Source: Octopus sinensis (Eukaryota). Taken from it: a stretch of DNA of 64,000 nt. Within the stretch, counting starts at the first letter, position 1; every line of letters begins with the position of its first letter. The stretch lies in contig NC_043004.1 of assembly GCF_006345805.1 (NCBI RefSeq), positions 77,376,001 to 77,440,000 on the forward strand. Direction: 5' to 3'. A program made the position numbers and the translations under genes. The notes beneath the pieces are model-generated. The model worked only from the letters and a program-made list of their open reading frames with translations, did not search any database and was not told the DNA's origin. Below are positions 38,406-50,417 of the stretch, in pieces.

Positions 38406-38524
38406 GGCACTACTTAAATACAGAGGTCCCGTGAGGTTGGGGTTAGTTTTTAGGGTTAGTTAGGATTAGGGTTAGGGTTAGTTTTAGGGTTTGTTTTTAG
38501 GGACCTCTGTATTTAGGTAGTACC
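38406..38524. mobile_element. 119-bp MITE enclosing degenerate (TTAGGG)n
   Basis: 25-bp TIRs gg(c/t)actac(t/c)taaatacagaggtccc; interior gggttagggttag-like repeats; flanks aaatttgt and cattttgt match 6 of 8. Confidence 0.8.
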
Positions 38525-38949
38525 CATTTTGTTAGCAGTTAATTCTAGTCTATTCATTGAATCAAGATATCTTGTTAAATTCAACATTAATAAAAAAAAA
38601 ATTGCTATTTCTACGTTTCAATGGCGTTCGGCTGAACTGTAACTGTCGATGTTTTAGAGCAACACTCGCCTAACGATATATTCAACACTTCCGCGTCAAG
38701 CAAATAATTTACAGTCATGTATGCTACCTAAGCGGTGAGCGGCCAAATTATGCCTTCCTTCGAATAGTATTCCTCAAATTCAAATATTTTGAATTCTCCA
38801 ATAGAAAAGAAAGTACCTAAGAGAGAATTATAATTCTTAATTCCAGGGGTTATTTTAATTTTTTTCTATCTAGTTTCAGTCCAAGGATTGTGGCCATGCT
38901 GGGGCACCGCCAACTGGTGTTGCTACACTTTCATTAATCCTCCTTTAAT

Positions 38950-39445
38950 AGTTGGCATTTGGTGAGTGAGTGAATTTGACGCTGCTGCGTTCACTCCTGC
39001 TTCCTGCTGTGACTCTTGACAATAAGAGATCCACTTTCGCTTTGAAGACATCTACATCCGCCCCATGTAGATCTTTTAGTTTCTTCGGAAGGATATTGAA
39101 GAGCTGTGGACCCTTAAATCCCAAGGTATTGCAGTATCTGGTCCCGTATTTTGACATCGAGACAGTGGAGGGGGGGGCACTATGTAATGGCGCCCTGTTC
39201 TGGCGTTTGTATAACTTTCAACGCCAAAGTTTGGGACAAGTTCTTCCCGGAACTTCCAAATGTATATTACAGCAAATCTTTCCTGCCTTCGTTCTAGGGA
39301 GTAAAGTCTTAACCTCTTGAGTCTTTCACAGAAACTAATTTGTTTCTATGAGGCTCTTCCTCGTACAGCTTCGCTGAACCGCTTCGAGTTCTGCTATTAA
39401 TTTCATGCTATGCAGTGGCCACAGTTGGGAGCAATGGTTAAGACG
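38950..39445 (-). pseudogene. CR1-group LINE 3' fragment
   Basis: LNHCSQLWPLHS...ELEAVQRSCTRK and GPQLFNILPKKLKDL...VFKAKVDLLL, typical CR1 C-terminal motifs. Confidence 0.8.
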
Positions 39446-39760
39446 ATATACAAACAGTTTTTTCAAACAGATGAGCAATAAATGTATTTTACGATATGTT
39501 TGCAACAAACCATTTAAGTCTATAAAACTTTTAAAACCGAATATATCTTTGCCTGACTTTTTATTCCACAGAAAAATTCTTTCAGAAATTATAACAAACG
39601 GTGACAGGTGCATAGAAATTGCATGTAGAATAAAATTACAATGTTTAATATTACAGCGATAAAAAATATTTTACAAATTTTCTCACGTTTTTAATTAAAT
39701 ATGGGAATATATGTTCTCAAACACAGCTTGTTAGATCTTCTGGAGCATTAGATAATTTGT

Positions 39761-40435
39761 TCAATTTTTCAAAATTAAGTCGAAATGATGTCTAGCTTCA
39801 TTAAAAAGCTGTATAGAACAAATGGACACGTTGGGCGCGATACCATGCGGTGTAGTAGAGGACCAGAAATACGGAGCTTCCTTTCCTCCCGTCAGAATAT
39901 CTATTCTTCGGTGAAACAAATGTGCAGCAGCATATATTTCACACTCAGTAGCGCAAGTGTTAGTTTCTAACATTGATTTGATGTGTTCCAGTACAGAAAC
40001 TTTCGGTTGTGGCGCCGGATGTTCATCGATATACAAACAGTACAAGTAATTCGCTACCAACACTCTGAATTGTCTGTGATATTTCGAACTACCAGTAAAA
40101 TACTGAGACAAACATCGAAAGAAGGAGTTTCCGTCCTTAATTTGAAGAAGAATTTTCCATTGAGGGTTTTTGGTTTCTGGAGCCACTTGCTGTTCCGGAC
40201 CATGTGGCATAAAATAAAACACTGGTTGGTTAAGCGAATCATTAGATTCTATTTCCCACAAACTGGCCGTCTGAGTTGTTAATTCTTGCGATTCATCATC
40301 TTTCTTTTGTAAGACTTTTTGCTTTTGATACTCTTCATACACTGGGTGTTTTTCTGAACCACCGAGACATTCTTCTATTTGTTGTTGACAAAGGGGTTTA
40401 GAACTATCATTTATCTGGCTAGAATCTCCCTCCAT
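39761..40435 (-). CDS. Single-exon 224-aa protein with C-terminal OTU domain, catalytic Cys replaced by Ser
   Basis: Intact ORF; KDGNSFFRCLSQYFTGSSKYHRQFR, ATECEIYAAAHLF and HHFDLI match OTU motifs, with His and Asp retained. Confidence 0.8.
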   Translation of the reverse strand: MEGDSSQINDSSKPLCQQQIEECLGGSEKHPVYEEYQKQKVLQKKDDESQELTTQTASLWEIESNDSLNQPVFYFMPHGPEQQVAPETKNPQWKILLQIKDGNSFFRCLSQYFTGSSKYHRQFRVLVANYLYCLYIDEHPAPQPKVSVLEHIKSMLETNTCATECEIYAAAHLFHRRIDILTGGKEAPYFWSSTTPHGIAPNVSICSIQLFNEARHHFDLILKN

Positions 40436-41219
40436 TTGCTGATTCCAAAGATAGAACAGGGTAAAAAGAGTGTAATTTTCCTTACTTTTATGAAACTGAA
40501 ATTTTCACATTATTTACTTATAACCAATAACTGTACACATATGAGTAACTTATGACGTTGTTCTGTTGTTAGCAACAGTTTTCATGTAAACAGATTTTGT
40601 TGGAAATTTCAAACTTTGCTATCCTTACAAGTAAGAATGCGTAATATTTCCTACTCGTAACAACACACGATAATCTTCGTTTCAGCTCAATACAATTTTA
40701 GAATATTATCTAATAGAGATATATTGGTGAACAGGTACACAGATTGATAGACAGACTATATACATGCAAACATGCACAAATATGTGTGTCAATATCAGCC
40801 AGTCTGTCTGTTTGTCTGAGCATTTGCTTGTGTGTCTGCTTAAATGCATGTATCTAGTTAAGTCAATCGGGAGAGCGAAGAGCGAACTCTACCTACAGCT
40901 TTTTTCCTACTCATGAGATAGAAAATTGGAATAATCTCTCTCTCAGGGCTTGCAAACGATTCAAATAAAACACATAAAGCTATCATTGGTAAGTCGAGTG
41001 CTAAACAGTATTGATTTTGGGGTGAAAGCTATTTCCTTCGGACGCTGGCACAGATTACTTTACAAAAGGCATGAATAGCACAACACCTTATTTTCATTCC
41101 ATGTCACTAAAAGATAGTGTGTGTGTGTGCGCACGCGTGTATGTCTGTTTGTTATGAATTATAATATCCTATCATTAATTCCTTTCTACAAGAGTAAATA
41201 ATAGATAAAAATATAGATA

Positions 41220-41398
41220 TGTTATTTTGTATTGAGTACGAAAATGCGACATACTGTCGAATGGCGTTGATGGATGGATGCTGTCTTTACTTGATATAAA
41301 ACAAGGCGTCTTAGTCGTTGGACGGCAGTCATTAACGGATTAAACGGCGAGCAGAAGTAACGCTTGGATAAAAGCCTTCTTTGAACTGGTTTATAACA
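41220..41398 (+). mobile_element. Probable LTR of a Ty3/Gypsy element
   Basis: TGTTAT...ATAACA inverted termini, 179 bp, 24 bp upstream of a gag-like ATG; no obvious PBS. Confidence 0.5.
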
Positions 41399-41422
41399 AA
41401 TTTTATTCAAACTTCATTCTAA

Positions 41423-41640
41423 ATGGATGCCAAAGTCTTCGAGAGAAGCCTACCAGACGACCCAACTGAGGAAGGTTATATTTACTGGAAACGGAAGCTA
41501 CATATCTACACAGCAAAAGCAAAGGTTCCAGATGAATCTAAACTGGAGGTACTCTTAGTCCTCTGCAGAGCAAGGACCTACCCCATCGTCGAAGAATCCG
41601 AAACCTTCGAGGCAGCAATAGAACGCCTGGACTCAAAATT
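41423..41640 (+). pseudogene. Ty3/Gypsy gag N-terminal fragment
   Basis: YWKRKLHIY...KLEVLLVLC...FEAAIERLDSKF resembles Gypsy gag N-termini; follows the LTR candidate. Confidence 0.6.
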
Positions 41641-42198
41641 CAGGTAGAATGGTTCCCACTGTCGATGATCTTGAAAATTTAAGCATTCTCTCATGAGAGG
41701 TTGTGTTGGTAGCTGTACCAGGGAATCCTCTTGTGGTTGATAATGCCACGGGTAGAACTGTTAACCATTGTCTTTTATCTAGTTGTAGTGAACTAAGTGC
41801 TAGATTTATGGTCTTCATGAGGGTACCGTTGGTCCTTTCACATTGGCAATTGCCTTGAGGTCGATAGGGAGATGTTCTAGTTGTTATTGTCCCGTTAGCG
41901 TGAAGGAAGCCCTGGAGCTTCTTATTATCAAATTGGGTTCCTCTGAGAGAGTGGATACAACTTGGTGATCCAAACAATGAAAAGAGGTTGAGCAGGTCGG
42001 AAGTTACTGTTTTGGTACTCAAGTCTTTGCATGGGTATGCGAATGGGTACCTTGAGTACTCATCGACTATTACCAATAAATAGCAGTATTATGTGGTTGA
42101 TGGCAGGGGACCAACAAAGTCAATGGAGAGGCGCTCCCAAGGTCTCGATGCCTGTATTAATTGACCCTTAAGTGGTTTGTGGAAGCGGGATTTGAGTT
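41633..42198 (-). pseudogene. Ty3/Gypsy integrase core fragment, inverted relative to gag
   Basis: PWERLSIDFVGPLP, LVIVDEYSRYPFA, FGSPSCIHSLRGTQF, YRPQGNCQCERTN; one stop at about 42090. Confidence 0.9.
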
Positions 42199-42323
42199 GT
42201 ATGTATGTAATTATTCAGTTTATTTCAAGATTTCTTGCCAATAGAGAAAGACCCAGTTTCTAACCTAGATCCAAGACTCCTTCATTGGAATTTCAACATC
42301 AACGACTGGGTATTTTTGTGTGC

Positions 42324-42356
<33 letters not shown>

Positions 42357-45300
42357 TGTATGTATGCATGTATGTATGTATGTATGTATGTATGTATGCA
42401 TGTATGTATGTATGCATGTATGTATGTATGTATGTGTGTGTATGTATGTATGTATGTATGTATGTATGTATGTATGTATGTATGTATGTATGCATGTATG
42501 TATGTATGTATGTATGTATGTATGCATGTATGTATGTATGTATGTATGTATGTATGCATGCATGTATGTATGTATGTATGTATGTATGTATGTATGTATG
42601 CATGTATGTATGTATGTATGTGTGTGTATGTATGTATGTATGTATGTATGTATGTGCAGATTTGTATGTATGTGTGTATGTATTCTCACGAATATAGTTG
42701 CATATCTAGACATGCTCATATATATTTAAATGATAAACTTCTGGAAAGGTTTACAGATTTTTACAGTTCCAATGATGGATTGGATCTCTAGTCTCCAAAT
42801 TAGCTTTCTCCTTTCTGGGTTTGAGAAGCCTAATTTCTCAAGATTGGTATTTAGGCAGCGTGTTACATATACCAGGGCCCCAATAATTACAGGTATAAAT
42901 CTGAACTTGTAATCTGGATAGAGTAAACTGCAGATTTCTCAATAGTTCAGCAAAGGTGTTCTCTTTTTCACTGATCTTCTGGTTTATATTAACATCCGCT
43001 GGGCAGCTGATTTCCACAACCATGCACAGTTTCTCTTCTCTATCCCAAATCATTATATCAGGTCTGTTGTGCTTACATTTTATTGAGGTCTTCACTGGGA
43101 CATTCCACCAGTACTCCTTTTTATTATGAGTGGTTATGGCTTCTACCATATTGTGGGTTCTCATTTCTTTTATCCTCGGGATTATCCTTCCAACAGATTC
43201 CATTATAGAATGTCCTAGCTACAGCGTCATGTCTCATCGGTAGATAATACCGTGGTGACATTTTCGAAAACTTGCTTATGATGTGGGTGATATCTTCAGT
43301 GTGAACTCCACAAAGTCAGCATCGGTTGTTATATCTTACAGCTTTTCGTGCATCTCTATCCCTTTTGTGCATCGGGTATTTGGTTGATATTTCCTGTTCC
43401 TGAATTATAAACGTATTGCCTTCAAAGTGGGAGGGAGTAATCCGGCTACTTGTCCATGATAAACTACTTTGATGATCGATGTTACTATCATCACGCAGCT
43501 TTCTACTAACATATCCATGCATAGTCTTTTGCTCATATAGACTCATCCTTTCATCTGATGATACGTTGCGGAAGAGTCGTACGACTTCTTTGGACATGTA
43601 TTCCAGGTTATGAGACAAAGCATGTTGCTCAAGGAACTGCCTTCCAAGTCTTATAATGTTATCAGCTTCATGTATGCAAACTTGGTGGTTAGAAGATGTT
43701 GCCGAAGGGATATGATGCGACATTCAAAGGTATTTTGGATCGATGTTAGGCCTCTGCCACCTTGTTTTCGTTTTAGGTGGTGGTGGTGGTGGACTACGTC
43801 ACTGTTTGTGTGGAAATTATGTGTGCTTGTTAGTATTTTGGGGGTTTTCACATCAATGGCTCGAATCTCATCAAGTGTCTAATCAAGCAGCCCAAATGTT
43901 GGTATGAGTATTGGCACTGCAAACACATTGTAGGCCACTGTTTTATTGGATGCAGGTCCAAATTTTCTTTATTTTTGAGGTCCAAATTTTCTTTATTTTT
44001 GAGGTCCAAATTTTCTTTATTCGGCTGTAATATTCTTTAGGACACGTGTTTTGTTACACGTGCCAGTGTAAGCTATATTTCATTCACCCGTAGATACCTC
44101 AGACATTCCCCGTCAGATACTGGGGAAACAGTCAAATCATTGATGGAGATGTTACTAGTCTGGTTTATAGCTTTTCCCCTTTTAACAACCATATAACAGC
44201 ATTTATGCTGACCAAACTCCAACCCTACATCCTTTGAGGATGTTGTAACTAGGTCAAGGCTCTTTTTCATCTCATGCATATTCTTTGCATAAAGTTTTAA
44301 ATCATCCACAAAGAAACAGTGTGTAATTTTGGTGTTTCTGTTCCCTTGTGAACCAGTGAGATATCCTTCAGACTTCCTTAACATGAATGACAAGGGGTTT
44401 ACAGAAAGTATAAACAACATCACAGAGAGGCTGTCTCCTTGGAATATGCCTCTGCGATGCTGTATTCCATCTGTGATAATACAGCCATTCTTTGTGCTTA
44501 ATTTCAAGATGGTGGCCTATGAGGAAGTCAGGTCAGCTATGGCTTTGACTATTCTCACTGGAACTTTAGTAAGTTGTAGGGCTTCTAGCATCCATGAGTG
44601 GGGAACAGAGTCAAAGGCTTTCTTGTAATCTATCCACATTGAAACTAGGTTTTTCCTATGCTCTCACACCTCTGACATCACAGTTTTGTTGATTAACAAT
44701 TGCTCGGCACATCCCCAGATTCCTCTCTTCCCAGCTGCTTGTTCTTCTGTGATAATGGTCCTAGAGCAAGAGGTTTAAACATCTTGTACATTCATTTCTG
44801 ACATACAATTGACCGGTAGTTTTTTGCCATGTGGGTGGTTCTGCATTTGGGGATCAATTTTGTCTCTGCCAGAGCTAACCAGTGTGATATACTACTGTTC
44901 CCAATGAAAGCTTTCTGGTACAGAATGATAAGATATGGTCGGTAGAATGCAGGAGCAGTAACTTTTTCGGATTTCAGCCACAGAGAATCTTGATTAAATT
45001 CCTTCTCTTCACTCCAAATTTTCCTCCAGAAGGAGTCTATGTCTTCTCGATAAGGAACTTCCGTGATGTTTCTGCTCCTCCTCTCATATCTCTGTATACT
45101 GCTGCCTGGTTGCGGTTAAATTTTTTTATTTATTGTTCTTCTCTCGGTTATTCTCTTCTGATGTCGGAGTTTTCCTCTGACAGCTTTTAACTCCTGATTG
45201 AGGGTTATCAGTTTGCAAGCGATGAGTGCCCTCTTTTTGCTGTCACCAAACATCATTTCTAACTTCTTTACTTTCTGTTGGTGGAACGTTTAGTGATTTG

Positions 45301-46160
45301 CTTGTTTGCATGCAATAAGCATCATTGCATGACTAATAGTCCTCTTTAAACCAGTTATCTTTTTCTCCGTCTTCAAAACCCATGATGGTACTTTCTTTGT
45401 TATTTTGGTTTTTACTTTTTGAATATTATTCATGTATTATTTTACAGTAGTAGCCAGAGAATATAGACAGGAGTTCATCTGCCAGTATGTGGGTTCATCA
45501 CAGTTGAAAATATTCATCACCAATTTCGTTGATAACTTTTAGTACCGTATCTGGTGGTTTTTTACTTACTTTAGTAGAGAATACTCTTTCCTCGAGAGAG
45601 TATTTAAAAGCCAAAGTGATTTTCTCTCGGAAAATTTCAGTAAGGGCACATTTCACCGGCATATAATCCTGACTACCACTACTACTACAATAATCGTTGT
45701 GGTTGTGCCTGCTATTTACCACAGTCGTAGTAGAGGGACAGTGGTCAGTTACTTGAGCCAGTAATGTAGTTTGGGTGGCAGGCACTATGGAATCTGTTGG
45801 AATGTCGCTAGCTGCGAAACAACGTGGTGTCTTATATCATTCACGTTTTCGTTTTTACTTATAGAATTGGGAAGAAGGGTAATTTTCGATCTTTTAAAAT
45901 AAAGTTACAGTCACTAACTTTCTTTCTATCTTCTACAAATGTCGTTTGTTGGCGTAGATGCTTCGCAGTAAAATGATTTAATTCTGGATGCAGATCGTCC
46001 CAATATGATTTCAATCGAATCAATAAGCCAACAACGGAGTTTTGTTTCGCTTTATCGTAGCAGTTAAATAGATCAGTGTTCAATTCATAACTCCAAGAGA
46101 AAAGAGTTTTGTAGTTACGGTTTCTTCTATAACTACAGCTAGAAAAAAATTGCTTACCCA
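42199..46160 (-). mobile_element. Near-full-length degenerate R4/Dong-clade LINE (RT plus restriction-like endonuclease) with a (CATA)n array in its 3' UTR
   Basis: N-terminal WSYELNTDLFNCYDKAK; RT GIFQGDSLS and FFVDDLKLY; RLE HNRPDIMIWD...VVEISCP; end KICKPFQKFII* near 42727; many frameshifts and stops. Confidence 0.85.
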
Positions 46161-46161
46161 T

Positions 46162-46283
46162 GACACTCCTTGGACCCTAAGTAAGGCATGTGTAAAATTT
46201 GAATGAAATTGGTTGTGTAGTTCTCAAGTTTTAGGGATTCACACAGACAGGCAGACAGACAGACACACATTCTCAGTTTTATA
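46162..46283 (+). mobile_element. 3' end fragment of a HINE-like element
   Basis: gggattcacacagacaggcagacagacagacacacattctcagttttatat resembles Helentron-associated element 3' ends (recalled). Confidence 0.45.
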
Positions 46284-46954
46284 TGGTGCTCCAGCATGGC
46301 CGCAGTCAAATGACTGAAACAAGTAAAAGAGTAAAAGAGTAATACATATATATATACAGTTGAAATTGAAATTTACAGAAAAACAAAAGACGAAAACAGG
46401 TGTATAAACAACAAACAGGTGTATTAGTTTAACACTTGGGAAGGTGAGAAAGTCTTTTACGTTTCGAGCATACACTCTTCAACAGAAAGGAACACGGGGA
46501 AATAAACAGAGAGATAATAAAAAACTTTTGGAGCTAGTAGTCAATCATGGCGGCTGGTTGGTTCGAGGCAATAATAGAAGACACATGCCCAAATGGGACT
46601 GAACCCGGAACCATGTGGGTGGGAAGCAAGCTTCTTACCACACAGCCATGCCTGCGCCTATTAAATATAAATATGTAAACACACACACTACTCTTATTAC
46701 AGTTTTCAGTCATCAAATCCCACTCACAAGATATTGGTCAAGAAACAAGCCGAAGGTGCCGCAGTGTAGGATTGAACTTGGAACAAGGTGTCTCAGGAGC
46801 GAACCTCTTAATTACACAGTGATGCCTAAATGAATACCAGTAATGCAATGAGACAGTTCAGTCCTCCACATTCCGCTCAAATATATGATCATGTGAGTTA
46901 AATTGAATTAATTACTCTCTTTAGATTTGATTGCAACAATTAATGAATAATATA

Positions 46955-47363
46955 GCTGGACTTGGTTGTGTGGTTAAGAAGCTTGCTTTACAACCAAGTG
47001 GTTTCAGGTTCAGTGCCACTAGGCGGCATTTGGGACAAGTGTCTTCTTATTTCTTTATTGCCCACAAGGGGCTAAACACAGAGGGGACAAACAAGGACAG
47101 ACAAACGGATTAAGTCGATTACATCGACCCAGTACGTAACTGGTACTTAATTTATCGACCCCGAAAGGATGAAAGGCAAAGTTGACCTCGGCGGAATTTG
47201 AACTCAGAACGTAAAGACAGACGAAAATCTGCTAAGCATTTCGCCCGGCGTGCTAACGTTTCTGCCAGCTCGCTGCCTTTGGGACAAGTGTCTTCTACTG
47301 TAGCCCCGGACCGACCATTGCCTTGTAAGCGAATTTGGTGAAAGTGTGGAAGGTTGCTGTATA

Positions 47364-47425
<62 letters not shown>

Positions 47426-47710
47426 AGCGTGCGTGCGTGTGTGTGTGTGCATTGTAGACACTTGGTTGGATGGTTGGATGGTTGGATGGTCGGCTGGCTG
47501 GTCTCTGGAAGGGAAGTGTGTTTGTGTCTGTCCATGACCACCACCGCTTGACAACTGGTATTCTTCAATGTCTCCGTAACTTAGCGGTTCCACAACCGAT
47601 ACCAATACAATAAGTACCAGACTTAGGTCTGGTACTTATTCTATCGATCTCTTTAAAAAAAAAATAAGCACTGGAGTCGATTAGTTCGACCAATATTCTT
47701 CAAGGCTGAA
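46955..47710 (+). mobile_element. SINE family A interrupted by a family B SINE
   Basis: Head at 46955-47047 resumes at 47278; the 19-bp sequence tttgggacaagtgtcttct is duplicated at 47029-47047 and 47278-47296. Confidence 0.85.
47048..47277 (-). mobile_element. SINE family B, full length, with 19-bp TSD
   Basis: ggcagcgagctggcagaaacgttagcacg head to cccttgtgggcaataaagaaata tail. Confidence 0.9.
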
Positions 47711-47986
47711 ACAAGTAAAACATAAAAGATACTCGATTTACCTTGAACGTCACCGGCAAAATAATTCTCAAATGTTTAGACGGGAAATTAAGCAGCACGT
47801 TTTCTCCCCATGGATATAATCAGAGAATTAATAAGCAGAAAAAAGAGAAGCATGAAAGTAAGTAATTAGATAATTAATTAAATTATTAAATAACTAAATG
47901 TTTTGTGTTGATCTTCTCTACTAGCCATTACTGTCACCGCGATATTACTGATGTCGCTTTTCCACTTAGAGCGCGCTGAAATTGGT

Positions 47987-48620
47987 TCTTACCTGAACAA
48001 TATTTTGTAGAAGCTGACACTTACCCCGTCACACTCTGTCGATCACGCGTATTTCATTGACGCAACATATCACCAACTCTTCTTTTAATCTGTCTTATTT
48101 TCTCTGCTTATACCATTTGCATATCTCTTCATTTAAAAAGCATTTTTTTTAATCATTTCTTTCTGCTAACTATATAACACTGTGTGATTGGCACTTTTTT
48201 CTGTATTGTTTTCTTTTGTTGTTGTTGTTGTTGTTTTTGCTTTGGGTTTTTTGGGGGTTTGTTTTTTTTTTTTTCTATCATCGGTGACTGTCAGCACCGA
48301 AAACACCACAGCCAACACCATTAGAAATGTCACCACTACCATCACCGCCACCAGTATCACAACTATCACCACTCTTACCACCAGCCTCATCCCACCACCA
48401 CCACCACACCTACCACCAACATCATCACGAGTTGTTCTATTAGTAATGACAGGCATGACTCTGTAATATATCCGAGCTACCATCCTTCCTTTAACTTAGT
48501 CTGTCAGTAGCCCAGGAACAACACGCGCTGACCGAATGTCCAATCGTCGCTGGCGCACGTGCCTTTAATCTTTCCTTGTTCTTCGGGAAATGCCACTGGA
48601 GCAGCAGCACGTGACGAACA
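47987..48620 (-). promoter_or_regulatory. Candidate promoter and non-coding first exon of a minus-strand gene
   Basis: Locally CpG-richer non-repeat sequence with CACGTG twice and a CCAAT, followed on the minus strand by donors GGG|GTAAGT (intron start 48024) and CAG|GTAAGA (47992). Motif-level evidence only. Confidence 0.3.
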
Positions 48621-48874
48621 ATTGAAATTTCGGTACCGTTGTTTTAAATATGTTTCTCTTACCTTCTGGCCTTATATTCCTGAAAGCTGTTCTCTTGCCG
48701 ATTCGAAAGAACTTCACAACTTGTCACCATGTAAGTGTACATACATGCATACATACATACATACATACATACATACATACATACATACATACATACATAC
48801 ATACATACATACATACATACACACGCACATACATATGCATGCATAAATATAATATACATATGTGTGCGTGTGTG

Positions 48875-48926
<52 letters not shown>

Positions 48927-49015
48927 GTGTGTATACGCACATATATATGTATATATATATTCATACATATATATTCATACATATATATACACACACATAA
49001 CCCACACATACACAC

Positions 49016-49083
<68 letters not shown>

Positions 49084-49098
49084 ATATACATATATATA

Positions 49099-49151
<53 letters not shown>

Positions 49152-49964
49152 TACATACATACATGCATACATGCATACATACATACATACATACATACAT
49201 ACATACATACATACATACATACATACATACATACACATACATACATATGTATCCGATGCACACTTTCAAACAAGTCTCTTGTTTTTGGAAAGATTTTTAT
49301 TTTATGTAAATTTAATAAGATTAATTATCGAAATGATTGTCTTGGAAGTCTTGGCAGCCTTCATTCCTACTATTTACAAAAGTTCAGTTATCGGCTCACC
49401 TCAATGTTATCGACACTTTCTTTAATCAGTTAAATCGTTCGTATTTTGTTTTATATTTATATTTTCTCCAGAAATGAGTAAGTTAGGATAGTAAAGATCG
49501 ACTGAATAATTAACTTAATTAATCATCACTATTTGCAATTAGTGTATTATCTAATCGCCTTTGGATGACCTATTTTTAAATACATGCTTTTAGGCATAAG
49601 TACGGGAACGAAGTTTGCTTAGGGGATGCAAACCCAGTTTTTCAGGAGGAGGTTCAACGTGTATTCATTGTCCCCACAAATTTTTAAGGACTGGACTTGT
49701 ACCCCCTGCACCCACTGTTCCCCAGCCTATGTTCTTATGCTTGAGATTCAACTCAGGAACTATAAATTTAACTGAGTGCCAACGTTTTTGCCCTTTATTC
49801 CCTTCTACAGGCACCTCCTTATGTTAATATTTTATCAACAACTGGATAAGTATTTGATCAGCAACGGGAAGGATACAAAAGCTACAAGATAAAAAAAATT
49901 GTAATGTAACGAAAAACAAAACATTCCCAACATTGCACCAGATTCTGCCTATCCATTGTCTTCC

Positions 49965-50148
49965 TATCATTTCGTCCGTCTTTACGTTCTGAGTTCAAAT
50001 TTCGCCAAGGTCAACTTTGCTTTTCATCCTTTTGAAGTCGATAAAATAAGTACAAGCAGAGCATTAGGGTCGATGTAATCGACTTACCCCTTGCTGAAAT
50101 TGCTGGCCTTGTGTCAAAATTTAAAACCAATAATTATTATAATTCATA
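49965..50148 (+). mobile_element. SINE family B, older copy lacking most of the head
   Basis: tacgttctgagttcaaatttcgccaaggtcaactttgc core and gctggccttgtgtcaaaattt tail. Confidence 0.75.
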
Positions 50149-50149
50149 C

Positions 50150-50379
50150 GTTTCTTTATTACCCACAAGGGGCTAAACATAGAGGGGACAAACAAGGACA
50201 GACAAACGGATTAAGTCGATTACATCGACCCCAGTGCATAACTGGTACTTAATGTATCGATCCCGAAAGGATGAAAGGCAAAGTCGACCTCGGCGGAATT
50301 TGAACTCAGAACGTAACGACAGACGAAATACGGCTACGCATTTCGCCCGGCGTGCTAACGGTTCTGCCAGCTCGCCGCC
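50150..50379 (-). mobile_element. SINE family B, full length
   Basis: Close to 47048-47277; ataattattataattcata is duplicated at 50130-50148 and 50389-50407. Confidence 0.9.
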
Positions 50380-50417
50380 TCTATTACTATAATTATTATA
50401 ATTCATAGTATTATTAC

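Noticed and set aside
43955-44021. 24-bp repeat present about 2.8 times, superficially CRISPR-sized
   Set aside because: Units are directly adjacent with no spacers; it is an in-frame tandem duplication within the Dong ORF.
48166-48483. 105-aa ORF with a hydrophobic, transmembrane-like stretch
   Set aside because: The hydrophobic run comes from a GTG/GAT-rich simple repeat and the tail from A-rich repeats; no domain similarity is recognisable.
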